A stretch of DNA of 49,793 nucleotides from a virus (lineage: Duplodnaviria > Caudoviricetes): IMG/VR virus record IMGVR_UViG_3300031820_000005, positions 1-49,793 of that record; one strand, 5' to 3'. The notes beneath the pieces were generated by a model. The model had not been told where the DNA came from and ran no database searches. It saw nothing but the letters and a program-made list of their open reading frames with translations. Positions 25,601-34,882 of this stretch are shown piece after piece; position 1 is the stretch's first letter, and every line of letters starts with the position of its first letter. Both the position numbers and the translations under genes were made by a program.

Positions 25601-26030
25601 GGCCCGGGTTCTTGGCCATCTCTGAGCCCAAGCCAGAAGCAGAACCTAGGGGCTCTTCGCCCCAGCCCTCTTTGAAGCCCTCCCAGGCGGCCTTCAGCGG
25701 GTCGTGATGGAAGTGGAGAATCGACTGGGTGAACCGATCCAGGGCGTCATAGTCATCATTCGAGACCTTCGACGCCATCGGATGATTTTGAATATAAGAG
25801 GCTATCGCCGGATTGTTTCGGACAATCTCTCCGGTGAGCTTGGCTTTTCTATCTCGCTCGAATCCCTCAGGGTCTGCAAGCACCACTCCCGGAGAGACCC
25901 CCGTTCCTCGGGAGATAGATGCGGCACGAGCTGCTGCATCTGGGTCTTGATCGAGGTCAGCGATCGCACGAGAAGCAGCTTCGTCTTGTCCATTTGAGAG
26001 TCCTTGAATAACGCTAAGGGGATCCACCAC
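19665..26030 (-). CDS. Large internal virion (ejection) protein with ART-like and HExxH metallopeptidase-like domains
   Basis: 2121 aa at the T7 gp16-equivalent position; AWHGT...IGTGEG.QAYG.G.Y...NYVVFD; RHEVVH...EE.IAE.F. Confidence 0.8.
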   Translation of the reverse strand: MVDPLSVIQGLSNGQDEAASRAIADLDQDPDAAARAASISRGTGVSPGVVLADPEGFERDRKAKLTGEIVRNNPAIASYIQNHPMASKVSNDDYDALDRFTQSILHFHHDPLKAAWEGFKEGWGEEPLGSASGLGSEMAKNPGLTSYIRRLSPSVDMGMDMLSTELDALGRLPGAVINGGAAGAAQLAKQLGMSETSANQLQRDINTYAQGMAGEMGMGHMVEGVHQKYGDPIAIAKPYIERGEMPPTGLHPDIDALKGMQAKLDAESLNSALKEAQGSKTRERSPEAFKAFVDSQVQDRKISISADAVRQLYGEKGPEIEDGILGWVPRINEQLELAQETGGDIEIPLSDWLAKVEPQVAKALQEDIRVRKGGMTLREASEAQEFAMIDAWHGTRHGGIEGFKDEAIGTGEGSQAYGHGHYVAESRGVAKSYRTAGLDEDPTKLILDQVKNDPELGPKLQASERAMNDVMRGFEDLHERSDRMSQLDYDKENRDLNAQLDHLSKQHEELINQAKDKYKVGSLYRVRIDAEPEHFLDWDKRLSEQSPYVQETLKKVLDTSKHEHSHGKVLYSLLSTPDREAASKALKEAGIAGNRYLDQGSRGLKTRAEIEARLKGIEDDIEFLKKEEAQPSTATLARGPIGLQLMDLDEERGRLQGAKSAEEATYNYVVFDPSKIEITHENEIARARAEAHLKPIFEARGAPIELKHINRDFEGYDTFELHSAGSRVGDMVGGLSKDGKEFYVEGIQTHDWKGANLWGPTIVRDMAYQLKRHYPELERVTGFRVTGGRAVTGKMGEKITLDINKLTLGKMKDFASAYGWDVAETASDMLKGLGTPEQLLARGTAKGWNRLTEEMQGPINDILQKMAPRADIRGYEYVTAKDRIVRGVFTIDPETLKSVVAWAARGEDSITTGRHEVVHYLRQVGFITEREWSVLEETSRREDWITRHNIDDRYQGASLGLKLEESIAEEFGHWNGGPHVAGGVFDRIKEFLKRVRDALSEFFGGPVDANEIFRRIESGEVGAREPTRQPEGSIYNQEMAQEPPLVDKAKTFGMTEAQYKNYLKAIEAVKKEDLEYQLRKSEKKLSKEWRAKEKEVRDEVTQNVQNRPDLLADNMLGKSRGGFKLDGKKVPEALRKDLDPYIGKNGVDPDQIAGLFGYTSGEAMMNNLSILQNARKKMPKADYEKGLIEREVERQMERRFGNLEENILQDARDHVTNDAQSDLLAQEIQILAVQHGLQEPPIKGDELKAWVKDKFDFIPVEAAIDLEGHLQNAGKAGRAAELTLLKGDPAEALRQKQRQQLSFLIAKESKKLLKEYDKATAFMKRFASREVTGVGQEYTNFIHQIMLQVGQRVKRSVQDLSTELGGKTLQEFVSEKLGEYKEVSVWDELYNQNFRTPMDQLQAWEFRAVHDSLQSLAHNGRLENKIFRGQNAAEIGEVATKAVEQMETFKAKIRPLGKRKLRDLGSVVLAAHLKMEQLFDRWDRDDPHGVFNSYAYRALSEAKNHEYGLEKEIGRRLSTLKDYGHDLNKVLENTVFMDPMTGDPLPGFTRKNLRAVMLNMGNESNLMKLAKGYKIDNPQMIWDFVHRHATKGDWDYVQGIWDTFARLKSESDQMYRRLSGIAPESIEHRPVDTPFKQYKGGYYPLVYDPVRSDIKQRIERDPLEKDGYYKATTPKGYTIKRTGYVAPIDLNLDVMPQKFKQIIHDIAFREALINAQKLLSHKDVRAAIAKHFGPDYRDLINPWLKDIASYRNATDDVGKRFAEWSAWFRQNTVATLVGFNPGTILKHGPTAFLNSLNQVGAANFMEALRDITGTAGRADSSAKFAMDNSQELQHRMRNWTETIAVGHDTALKESESWRDKWIRLGAYGVGKSDMFSAVPTWLAAYKKAMLEGESHSDAVYIAEKSVRQAHGSVGITDRARVQRGGEAMKWVASLYGFFNHILNRQVDMVWKAGDALGKLKEGDRAGALKDVPMLTSKLFYYVIFPAVVEELVTPLSNDKHESWAKLVGKALLKQVSASWIGARDLVQALVSGQDPTSSLLNTDYKAITDVAKDIEKHGLFHGPKWFQHASTAVGTLWGIGGTQAGRWGQFAINYSQGKEHVRNLGQAARALRYGTTKGPGR

Positions 26031-28113
26031 CGCTGGGCTCCTTCTTAGCTTTGGGTCCGTAGAGTTCCTGATAACGTTGGCGAACGTACTCCCGGTTGAT
26101 CTCGGCGTCCGAGGGCACGCTCATGCCCTGATCTTTGTAATGTTGGCGCACCTTCTCAATATCGGCCTCGGGCATTTCCTGCTGGAAGAGTGGGGTGTCT
26201 GCAGTGAGGGGCACTTGATAGCCCATGAAGTGCCTTGCATTATCCCGCATCAGGCGGGTGCCCATCGCGATGACTTCATCATACTTGGGCGGCCGCTTGT
26301 TCTGGTTCTGGAAGTCCTCCAGAGTCCGTTGGAGGGCGCCCACGAATTGATTATGCTGCTCTGGATTCTTTGGCGTGATCTCCTGCTCGTCCATCAAGTC
26401 TTTCAGATCTGTGAGGGCGCTCCGTAGGTGCACGTCCTCAGCCTTTTTCTCAGTGCTTCGCTGGAGCTGCCTCAGGCTCATCTTGGCTTGCATATTCAGG
26501 CGGTCTTCATCCCAGATCTTTTGGTCGAGAAAGCCCTGTGGGTCTGTCACGGCCTGGCCCCGAAGCTCATCAAGGCGCCGATACCCACTCTCGTCCATTC
26601 GAGTCGCGCCCTTGGCAATGGTCGCGATCTCTTTCATAGCCTTGGCCCGGTCCTTGGAACTCAAGTCGGCCCATGCCTGTTGCACTTCCGGACTCGCGTT
26701 GTGGAGTTCGTCCACACTCCTAGGCGGCTTGTCACTATAGATCCAGTCATCAATCGTGCCCTGGCGCTGGCGCTCCACGTCCTTGGCCATGCGCTCCTGG
26801 TGGTAGTGGTCAGCCATCGTGCGTTGGCGGGTCACATCAGCGTAGATCGGGTCATCTGGCCGCTGACGTTCTGCTTCAGCCTGGGCCCGAGCCACCTTAG
26901 CGGTTTCATTCTCCCTGGGTGCGTACTTGAACTTAGACGTGTCGTAGTCACGAGGGAGTTCATAGTGGTCGGGGTCCCAGGAAATGGGCTTGCCCAGCAC
27001 TGCTCCAGTCTTTTCAGCCGAGGCCTGCATTGCCTGACGAAGCTGTCCTTGCATCTTCTGGGTCAAGGCATCATCCATTCGGCCATTCTGGTAGAAAACC
27101 ACGTCCATGGCTCGGCCCGTGAGGTGGTTCGAGTCCATGGTCTTGGAAGCGCCCCGAGCAACGATCTCCCTTTGTTCTTCAATGTTACGAACCCCGCCCT
27201 GGGGGGCGATCCGGATATCCCACTCTGGATGAGCCCGTTGGGTTTCCTTCAGCGTCTCTATCAGGGCCGGCTCAACCCCACGGGCACGGGCGATGTCCTG
27301 TGGCTGCATGTGGGCGCCCCAGCCCTGGTTCACCGCATCGCTGATGACCCGGCTGCCCACCGAGTGTTCTTGGGCCCGAATGTGGGCGTCGATCTTCTGC
27401 TGGGTGTCTCCCAAAATATCCTGCTTGTTGTCCTCAAACAACCGCCGAGCCCGTGAGGGATTGGTCTTGGCCATGTCCTCCAGGCGCCGCTCCCAGGCCC
27501 CTGAACGGTCCTTGCCAAACTCTAAGGTCTTCTTCGTATCGTCCCAGCCAAGCTCCCGAGCCTTGACATTAATTCGGTCCGAAATATCATCCACACTATG
27601 CTTGAAGGCAATATCATCGCCGGAATTAGCCGCGGCTTCATTCTGGGCCAGGGTGATACCCGCGTCAGCGGTTTGGGTCCTCCAGACTTTGTTCTGCTGG
27701 GCCGCATGAGTGGCGCCACTGTTGATTTCATAGCCCATGTACCGGGTGAAGGTCGAATCGAACATCTTCCCAGCGATGGGCGGGAGCGTGCCCCTCCATT
27801 TCTCTCGAATGTCTTGGAGGCCCTTGTAATAGTCTTCGAGACCCTTCTGAGCATCGGCCCCTTGGAGGTTGTGGAACTGAGCCCGAGCGCTAGCGGCCTC
27901 GGTCATTGCGTGGAGTTCAGCTTCGCGGCTCATGGTCTCCAGCTGGATCTGCTGAAACTGAATCGCGTGTTTGGCCAGCATATCCCCGGCCTTCGACGCC
28001 TCCTGGGCAATGGTCGTGCCAAAGGCTGCCCCAGGGGTGTCAATATGGCCATAGGGGGTGTTGCCCCCTTGAGGAGAAATCTCTGGAACCCCTGTGTAAG
28101 GTACGGTCGGCAT
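26014..28113 (-). CDS. Internal virion protein with M15-family peptidoglycan peptidase domain
   Basis: GVRNIEEQ...SKTMDSNHLTGRAMD...WDPDHYEL inside a helical protein. Confidence 0.8.
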   Translation of the reverse strand: MPTVPYTGVPEISPQGGNTPYGHIDTPGAAFGTTIAQEASKAGDMLAKHAIQFQQIQLETMSREAELHAMTEAASARAQFHNLQGADAQKGLEDYYKGLQDIREKWRGTLPPIAGKMFDSTFTRYMGYEINSGATHAAQQNKVWRTQTADAGITLAQNEAAANSGDDIAFKHSVDDISDRINVKARELGWDDTKKTLEFGKDRSGAWERRLEDMAKTNPSRARRLFEDNKQDILGDTQQKIDAHIRAQEHSVGSRVISDAVNQGWGAHMQPQDIARARGVEPALIETLKETQRAHPEWDIRIAPQGGVRNIEEQREIVARGASKTMDSNHLTGRAMDVVFYQNGRMDDALTQKMQGQLRQAMQASAEKTGAVLGKPISWDPDHYELPRDYDTSKFKYAPRENETAKVARAQAEAERQRPDDPIYADVTRQRTMADHYHQERMAKDVERQRQGTIDDWIYSDKPPRSVDELHNASPEVQQAWADLSSKDRAKAMKEIATIAKGATRMDESGYRRLDELRGQAVTDPQGFLDQKIWDEDRLNMQAKMSLRQLQRSTEKKAEDVHLRSALTDLKDLMDEQEITPKNPEQHNQFVGALQRTLEDFQNQNKRPPKYDEVIAMGTRLMRDNARHFMGYQVPLTADTPLFQQEMPEADIEKVRQHYKDQGMSVPSDAEINREYVRQRYQELYGPKAKKEPSGGGSP

Positions 28114-28619
28114 TAAGTACCTGCGAAGGGGTCAATCCCCTGCATTTTGAAGGACGCCCACTTGTCGCTCACTGAAGAGGCGGTGCCAATCAGGGACGAG
28201 AACATTGACTTGGTTGCGGCCTGGGAATAGACATCCGCCTGGGCCCCAAAGTTCATCGCCTGGGTCTTGAAGCCATAGGCCTTCCAAGCGGCGTTGTTGC
28301 GGATGGTCATGGCATCGAGTTGGCCCAGTTCCGTGGCCGACTCGACCACCTGACCCTTAGATCCCGCGTTCACATCCAGGCCGCTGGCCCCACCTTGAGT
28401 TTTGATCGTGCCAATTTGCTGAGCAGTTTTCATGCCCTCCCTTTGGCTCTCCACCTCGCCCGCTTGAGTGGCATAGTCAGCATTCTGCTGGGCCATGATC
28501 TGGTTGTTCTTGGCCACCTGGCTTTGATAGTTATACATTGAAGAGGTGGCCATGCCCCCCATGACACCGCCAGCTATGCTAGCCCCCAAAGAGGCGATCG
28601 CTAGGGTTTCAATTCCCAT
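28113..28619 (-). CDS. Small internal virion protein (T7 gp14-position)
   Basis: Hydrophobic Gly/Ala N-terminus, Q/A-rich helix, GASGLDVNAGS; synteny. Confidence 0.7.
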   Translation of the reverse strand: MGIETLAIASLGASIAGGVMGGMATSSMYNYQSQVAKNNQIMAQQNADYATQAGEVESQREGMKTAQQIGTIKTQGGASGLDVNAGSKGQVVESATELGQLDAMTIRNNAAWKAYGFKTQAMNFGAQADVYSQAATKSMFSSLIGTASSVSDKWASFKMQGIDPFAGT

Positions 28620-29034
28620 CGCATACCATTCCCAAGTAAGAGCCCTCTAGGCGAAACGGCTTGAATCCAAGCCATTTGAGCCAGCCCAAAGAGACCTCGT
28701 TTCGAACATCGCACATGGCCACCACGGGCCCGAACTCGGCCACTGCACCCTTGATGAAGGCCCTCGACACTCGAAGGAACTCCATCCGCCTTTGTTCAAT
28801 CAAGGGCGTGGTCAAAAGCCAAATCGGGGGATGGCCCCCAGCCAAAGTAGTAAGCCGAAGCCCCCACATACAAGCAACCCGGTCGCCAACGAGGCCGCTG
28901 AACGCATAAGGTCCGATGGCCGATCGAACCAGGGCGCGAACATTGAGACGCAACTGGGCAATTGTCTCCAGCTCCTGCTGACGCAAGTGGGGTAGAATGT
29001 CATCAATGTCTTCCTCCCTGGCCAGCCGTATCAT
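28609..29034 (-). CDS. GNAT-fold virion assembly protein (T7 gp13-like)
   Basis: IWLL...N..S..WLKWLGF; directly after tail tubular B. Confidence 0.75.
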   Translation of the reverse strand: MIRLAREEDIDDILPHLRQQELETIAQLRLNVRALVRSAIGPYAFSGLVGDRVACMWGLRLTTLAGGHPPIWLLTTPLIEQRRMEFLRVSRAFIKGAVAEFGPVVAMCDVRNEVSLGWLKWLGFKPFRLEGSYLGMVCDGN

Positions 29035-31886
29035 TTTCCAGTGTCTCCAACCACGACCTCTGGGATGATTCCAAGGATTGTTCCTGGGAGCGGGTCATCG
29101 ATCTGCATGCATACTTGGCCCTGAGTGGTCCAGTTGGGATCCAAATTGATACGTTCATCGCCCGTGACTAAGGGGATAGACACTCCCATGAATACGCTTG
29201 GGCCCCGCTCCTTAATTGCCACTAGGGTCTGGAAAGTGGTCCCGGCCTTGAGCCCGCGAGTGTCTTTCAATCGCATGGTGGCCGCTGGAATCTTCTTCCT
29301 TTTGCCCTGGCTCGTTGGCTCGCCAGTGTCCAAGTAGAGGGTCTGGGCCTTCTTTGAGAAAGGCAGGCCCACCAGCACTTTCGTCACCATTGTATTGGCA
29401 GGCAACCCAAGGGAAAGGGTCCCGTTCAAGGGCACCACCTGCTGTGGCAGCACGTTCCCATCGGCAAGGATCCCAACAGTCTTTCCAGCTAAATACTGAA
29501 GCCCGCTCACCTGAGTTATCGGGGCCCAGAGGGTCCAGGTACCCGGCGCCTGGGGGATTGGGGTGTTCGAGGGATCTTCTTGGAACACACTCGTGATAGG
29601 CTGGGTGATCGTGGCCGTGACTTGGAACGGGGGGTTGACAGCAGTGATAGTCGCGATCCCACCACCAGCGCGTATAACCTGGCCCAGATTGCCAGCCGAA
29701 AATACTGGCTGGTCAGCAGTAAATAACACTCCAGATCCGCTTGCTGAGGCGGGCGTAAGATTAGCGCTGGGGGCCGATCCGACAGTGATCGCCGCTGAGT
29801 CGAGCGACCAAGCATCTTCGACCCCATAGGGCATGAGCCTTGAGGCAAACCTCTCGACATACTGTAGGAACTTACCATTAACCAATCTCTTGACGATGAC
29901 ATAGACAGCATCCTCGGAGCCCTCCGGGATCGTCGCGATTGATTGGAACAAACCGTTCGTGTAGTGCTGGGCCCACCCCTTGATTTCTTGTTCTTTCATA
30001 AAGGTCAAGCTAAGCAAGGCCCCGTCGCTTCGAATGGCCCACACTATCTTGAACGGTTCCTGGGCATAGCACCATTCCCTGATGGTGAAGCCGAAGAGCA
30101 AGTGGTTGCTCTCGATGGAGATGTCTACCCCAGTGTAGATGTTCACATAAAAATTGTAGCTCAAGTCCCTAACGGCCGCTCCCCGGGCCTGAACAAAGAG
30201 AATGTCGTAGTTAACCACCAGGGGCGGTACATCACTGCACCCGATGAAGGCTTGAGGAATGGCCTCGGCATTAGCCGGGGTGATGCCAATTGGAGCGTTG
30301 GCCGAGCCCCCGCCCGTGATCTGCCAAGCGCCATTCCCCGTGAAAGTAACGAGCCCTCCGGGCATCGCGATCATGTGCTTGATCACATTGACCTGAGTTG
30401 AGACAAGGGTCCCGGTGATCGCGTCTGAGGGCTGAACTGGATTCGAGGCGTCGAAGTTCTTAAACGCCCCAGGTTGGCCCATGTTGAAGCTAGCGGGCGT
30501 GTTGTTGGCCGCCGCATAGACCTTGCGCTGTTGGAAGAATGAGACCGTTGCGGGGTTTACTCCGGTGGACGGCCCAACCGTTGGAGTGGCGCTGGCCCCC
30601 GCAATGTTGGCAAACACGAACACTGGAGAGGAATAGTTCTGGCCCCCGTTTAGGACGATCACCCCGGCCAGGGCCCCGTTGATGACAATTGGAGAGCCCA
30701 CGAAGCCAGAGCCAGTTGGATCAGTGACCGTAACTGTGGTGGTTGGGCCCCCACCACTTCCACCAGTGATATTGATCGCCCCAGTTATCGCACTCGGAGC
30801 GAATGGGTTCAAATGCAGGGGCGGCTGAATGCTCAGGGCCGCGGTGATGTTGGAGTCGATGAACTGGAGCCCTTGGGTCGTGCCGATAAAGCCCATGCCA
30901 AGCCCGGCCACTGACCCGCTCGGGCCGCCCACGTCACCGCCACCGCTCGTGGTCAGGTTTGGCCCACTCTTATACACGTTGTAGGACACGGCCCCTGCCA
31001 CGGCGGGCCACTGGATCGTGATCGAGCCTGCAGTGCTGGCAATGTTGACCGCAGCGGTTAGGATTCCGATCTGAGAGAGCTGGCTTTCTTCGCCATTGGC
31101 ATTGACCGCGGTTACACCGTAGTAGTAGATGGCCGAGCCCGCTGATGAGGCGGTCAGGGTTGGCGCCGCATTGGGCGGCTGAATGGACGATGCGAAGACC
31201 ACTGGGCTGATGGTCCAGGCGTAATGCTGGGTTCGGGTCAGGTCCACCACCCCATATGAGGGGTGTGTTAGCGTCATTGTGTCGGCCGACTGAGCGAACT
31301 TTAGTAGGGCCAAATCACTGGCCAAGTATGGGGTCGGCAAAGTGAATTGCCTGCCAATCGTTCCACCACCAGTGTACACGCCGAAGGTTGAACTGCTCAC
31401 CACATTGCCATCGAGGTCGGTCAGGGTGATAACCGCCCCAGCCACACTGTTGACGAGGAAGAACAGCCCATTGAGCTGGACCATCCCACCAACGCCAGTA
31501 ATGAAGACTGTATCACCAACCGCGAAGTTGTTTCCTGCAACCGTTAGCTGAAGTGGAGCCGCATTGTTGGCCGCCGTGATGTTGAAGTTAGGCTCAAGAA
31601 CCGCGCCCCCATTCATGTACACCCGCATGTACTGGTTGCCGAACTCCAGAACATACGTTTGAATTACTGAGAAGGTGAACGGAATCAACCGAACCGGCAG
31701 GTCCGAGCGCTTGCAACGAGTGATGTAGGCCGTGCCCGTTCGAGTGGAGATCCCCGAGCGGTAGTCAACGAAGAAGTTCCGACAAAGGGCTAGTGCCTTA
31801 TGGTAAGTGGCGAGGTCGACCCGGGCATAAAGATTGGGCGAGATCTCTCCAGAGGAAAATGAGGGCTGGATTAGATTGACACTCAT
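29031..31886 (-). CDS. Tail tubular protein B / nozzle
   Basis: QPSFSSGEISP.L.ARVDL..Y, RLIPF.FS...YVLEFG, FFQQR; contains extra beta-rich insertions. Confidence 0.88.
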   Translation of the reverse strand: MSVNLIQPSFSSGEISPNLYARVDLATYHKALALCRNFFVDYRSGISTRTGTAYITRCKRSDLPVRLIPFTFSVIQTYVLEFGNQYMRVYMNGGAVLEPNFNITAANNAAPLQLTVAGNNFAVGDTVFITGVGGMVQLNGLFFLVNSVAGAVITLTDLDGNVVSSSTFGVYTGGGTIGRQFTLPTPYLASDLALLKFAQSADTMTLTHPSYGVVDLTRTQHYAWTISPVVFASSIQPPNAAPTLTASSAGSAIYYYGVTAVNANGEESQLSQIGILTAAVNIASTAGSITIQWPAVAGAVSYNVYKSGPNLTTSGGGDVGGPSGSVAGLGMGFIGTTQGLQFIDSNITAALSIQPPLHLNPFAPSAITGAINITGGSGGGPTTTVTVTDPTGSGFVGSPIVINGALAGVIVLNGGQNYSSPVFVFANIAGASATPTVGPSTGVNPATVSFFQQRKVYAAANNTPASFNMGQPGAFKNFDASNPVQPSDAITGTLVSTQVNVIKHMIAMPGGLVTFTGNGAWQITGGGSANAPIGITPANAEAIPQAFIGCSDVPPLVVNYDILFVQARGAAVRDLSYNFYVNIYTGVDISIESNHLLFGFTIREWCYAQEPFKIVWAIRSDGALLSLTFMKEQEIKGWAQHYTNGLFQSIATIPEGSEDAVYVIVKRLVNGKFLQYVERFASRLMPYGVEDAWSLDSAAITVGSAPSANLTPASASGSGVLFTADQPVFSAGNLGQVIRAGGGIATITAVNPPFQVTATITQPITSVFQEDPSNTPIPQAPGTWTLWAPITQVSGLQYLAGKTVGILADGNVLPQQVVPLNGTLSLGLPANTMVTKVLVGLPFSKKAQTLYLDTGEPTSQGKRKKIPAATMRLKDTRGLKAGTTFQTLVAIKERGPSVFMGVSIPLVTGDERINLDPNWTTQGQVCMQIDDPLPGTILGIIPEVVVGDTGK

Positions 31887-33538
31887 ACGGTGTAGACCCA
31901 CTCATCCACGACCACGGCGCCGGTGAAGCCACTGCCTCCAGCTTGTGCAGCGCCACCCTGGATGCTCAGTGCTCCACCACCGCCTGCACCAATGAAAGCT
32001 CCTGGATTGCCAGCGATGCTAGCAATACCAGTGCCACTATTGACTTGTTGCCGAGGTGCGCCGAGGCCTAGCCAGCCGGGTGCGCCCTGACCGGCGATGA
32101 TCGGAACGTTGTTCGTTAGGCCTATGCCAAAGGCTGCGCCGCCTGCGTTCCCCTGGCCAATCGTATCGCCAGTGCCCGAGCCAGCGGCCCCGGCTGCACC
32201 GCCAGCCACTGTCCCACCAGCCGCCGAATCGCTCACTACTCCAGAGGAGGGGCCGCCCAAGCCTCCGGGTGCTACAAGCAGAGCCCCAAGAGAAACCGTG
32301 CCACCAGTATTGCCAGTGCCCGCCGAGACACCAATGGCGGCAGCGGGTACGGTTACCACTTGGCTCGCCCCAATCTGGGCCGGGGTAAAAGTCCCTGAGG
32401 ACCAGCTACCAGAAGCGCCACCGCCACCGAAGGAGATTTGACTAGCTCCTACAGCGGCAGCGCCACCGCCAGCGCCACCCCCGCCAATGGCGATGGCCTG
32501 GACAAATGCCAAGTTGGCTTTCGGTGTGTAGGTGCCGTTGGCTAGAAAGGTGGTCCGACCGGCGTACTTAACCACCAGCCCCTTTACCCGCCAGTTGCCG
32601 GTCGCCGCTGCGTCGGTTGTGACGTAGACAAATGCGCCCGCTGGAATAGTCAGTCCCGCTCCAACCGCCTGGGTTATCCCAGCGATTTCGAACTGGTCAG
32701 CACCGTTGATGTTCAGGGTAACAGCGCCGCCGATCGGATGGAACCAAAACCCGAATCCGTCCCAATAGGTATTGGCTCGATTGAGGTTGACTGAGCCAGG
32801 GCCGGCCACCATGACCACGCTCAGATGATCAACCGAAGTGAGTGGATTGTGCCCTACGTTAACCGGGAAGTTAACATCCACTTCGCCCGCTGCTACCACC
32901 CCGCTCTGCAAGCCAAGCCCAGCTGTGCCCGTGGACAACGAGCCCAGACCCAAGGCGGTGCGGGCCAAAGCCAGAGTGGCCGAGGTCACGACCGGGATCA
33001 TAGCCGTTGATACGGTCGTGCCAGTAATGGCAATGCCCGAAGTCAGGTTGCCATTCGCGTCGAAGATGGCCTGGGAGCTGGCCCGATTAACGGCCGGGGG
33101 CAGTGGCGCTGGTGGGTTCGGGTCGCTGATCGGAACCGAGATGGCCCGACCTTGAAGCTCCGAGACCTGCTGAATGGCCATCACAGCCAAGTCAATGGCC
33201 TGTTCCACCGCCTGGGGATAGAACGCCCCTTGGGCCTGAAGGCTCGTGCCCTGGGTCAGAGGCACTTGCCTGGAGATGGTCAGGCTCGAACCCACCGGAA
33301 CCGGAGAACCGCTCAACGGGTAGGTAACCGAGCCACCGACGCCCCAGACCTGGGGCGGGGCCACGGCATTCAAGGCTACTGAGTATTGATTAGTCGGAAC
33401 AGTGGTTATATTGCCAAGGGAGTCCACCAGAGTGAGCTGGAGATCCGCCGCGGCCACCCCAATAAATGTGAACGGAAATACAGTGGTGGCCCCATTCCCT
33501 TGGAAGGTGACCTTGTTCGCAGTGCTCTGAACAGTCAT
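31883..33538 (-). CDS. Tail fibre (T7-like N-terminal anchor, Gly-rich C-terminal domain)
   Basis: GNGATTVFPFTF...LTISR.VP..Q...E.A.D; C-terminal GGGGAGGG domain; no Cys. Confidence 0.85.
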   Translation of the reverse strand: MTVQSTANKVTFQGNGATTVFPFTFIGVAAADLQLTLVDSLGNITTVPTNQYSVALNAVAPPQVWGVGGSVTYPLSGSPVPVGSSLTISRQVPLTQGTSLQAQGAFYPQAVEQAIDLAVMAIQQVSELQGRAISVPISDPNPPAPLPPAVNRASSQAIFDANGNLTSGIAITGTTVSTAMIPVVTSATLALARTALGLGSLSTGTAGLGLQSGVVAAGEVDVNFPVNVGHNPLTSVDHLSVVMVAGPGSVNLNRANTYWDGFGFWFHPIGGAVTLNINGADQFEIAGITQAVGAGLTIPAGAFVYVTTDAAATGNWRVKGLVVKYAGRTTFLANGTYTPKANLAFVQAIAIGGGGAGGGAAAVGASQISFGGGGASGSWSSGTFTPAQIGASQVVTVPAAAIGVSAGTGNTGGTVSLGALLVAPGGLGGPSSGVVSDSAAGGTVAGGAAGAAGSGTGDTIGQGNAGGAAFGIGLTNNVPIIAGQGAPGWLGLGAPRQQVNSGTGIASIAGNPGAFIGAGGGGALSIQGGAAQAGGSGFTGAVVVDEWVYTV

Positions 33539-34326
33539 ACAGCGCTACCCAAGAACAAGGGCCCCCAATCCACTGAGTAGCCCTGCGGCCACTGGTCGTT
33601 GAAGCTTAGGCCCCGAACCCGAAGGAAGTCAGGGGTGTGGTCGTTGATGGTTAGGCCCTCATTCGCGTCACGGGTGCGGGCTTCCATTATCAGTTGATTA
33701 CACTGGCTCAGGGACAATTGCTTCATGCCCTTGTCCCCATTCACGGAGAGACAAATGCGCTCGCCAATTATCCCAGCCAGGGCCGTGGTAAACTCCTCGT
33801 CGAATACATTTGGGTCAGTGACCGTCTTGACAAAACGGCCGATCGCCTGCTGTTGGTTGCAGAGCAAAACCTTGAAGTCGTTGCCAAAGGTGTCCTGGTC
33901 CACCGCCTCTTGGAACCTCGCAGGGGGCCCATTCCAGAAAGTTGGGCTGCCACCAGTCACCGCCGTGGTGATAGGTACCCCTGAGGCGAACCCAGTTTGG
34001 AACTGGGGCACTATGTAGAGGAACCTCAAACAGTTGTTCGGGTAAAAGTAGCTATAGGCCCAGGGAGGCGGCGGGATAGCTGGGGTCCAAGTGGTGGTTC
34101 CCGCCGTTGGGTTCTCAGGCGTGCCCGGCGAGGCCTTGTTCAGGGCCAGGTTCACAGTCTGAAGGGCAAAGTTCCAGGGGGCCTTTCTCAAGAGTTCATT
34201 CCGCAGCCGAACATACCACCGTTGAATCACGTTGGCTTCGTTCGACCCCTCGGTGAACGAGGAGATGGTGGCCCTCGCTCCAATGGTGTCGAGGGCCAAG
34301 TTCGCGATTTCAACGTCGCTAGGCAT
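33535..34326 (-). CDS. Tail tubular protein A / adaptor
   Basis: VEIANLAL..IG...I.S..E.S.EA...LR..PWNFA...W.Y.Y.YP..CLR. Confidence 0.85.
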   Translation of the reverse strand: MPSDVEIANLALDTIGARATISSFTEGSNEANVIQRWYVRLRNELLRKAPWNFALQTVNLALNKASPGTPENPTAGTTTWTPAIPPPPWAYSYFYPNNCLRFLYIVPQFQTGFASGVPITTAVTGGSPTFWNGPPARFQEAVDQDTFGNDFKVLLCNQQQAIGRFVKTVTDPNVFDEEFTTALAGIIGERICLSVNGDKGMKQLSLSQCNQLIMEARTRDANEGLTINDHTPDFLRVRGLSFNDQWPQGYSVDWGPLFLGSAV

Positions 34327-34622
34327 TATCGGCCCTTACGGTTGGTGCCATGCCCGTGGTGTGAGCCGCCACTCGTATGGTGGATACCCGGGCGCCCACC
34401 TTCGGTGTCGGGGGTGCCATGAGCCTCCTGGGTGCCACAGTGGTGGACCGTTCGATTGCCAAGGCCTGGCCCAACATGTGCATGTGGGTCATAGCCAGGG
34501 ATTTGGGGTGCGTGATAGTTCATCACGTCCCGAGCCTTTTCCACCCCGCCACATCCGGCCCGCCCATGCTGAGGCTGGTTCGTGTCGTGGCCGTACTCTT
34601 CAAGAAGTCCACGCTTTGCCAT
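34326..34622 (-). CDS. His/Gly-rich small protein
   Basis: 13 His in 98 aa; TAATG coupling on both sides. Confidence 0.65.
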   Translation of the reverse strand: MAKRGLLEEYGHDTNQPQHGRAGCGGVEKARDVMNYHAPQIPGYDPHAHVGPGLGNRTVHHCGTQEAHGTPDTEGGRPGIHHTSGGSHHGHGTNRKGR

Positions 34623-34882
34623 TATCGTCTCCCTTGGCTACCACAATGATGAATTGATCGGCCGCCCCCAGGACTAGTGGGCGGGTTGACCGAGGCTCCA
34701 GGGGTTTTCTTGAAGCCGGGCCCAGCGTCGCAATGGTCAATTCTCGAGCCCATTGCCTCCTGCTTCCCCAGCTGGTTCGCCCCCGCGGGGTTGATCGCCG
34801 TCGCCTTGGGCTCGACCTTCGGCCGGCCTCCTTGATTTTGGTTCAGATGCGCCGCCACTTGCGGGCTCGCCACTTTGCTCAT
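34622..34882 (-). CDS. Gly/Pro-rich small protein
   Basis: AAGGAG RBS; ends RSIHHCGSQGRR. Confidence 0.65.
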   Translation of the reverse strand: MSKVASPQVAAHLNQNQGGRPKVEPKATAINPAGANQLGKQEAMGSRIDHCDAGPGFKKTPGASVNPPTSPGGGRSIHHCGSQGRR

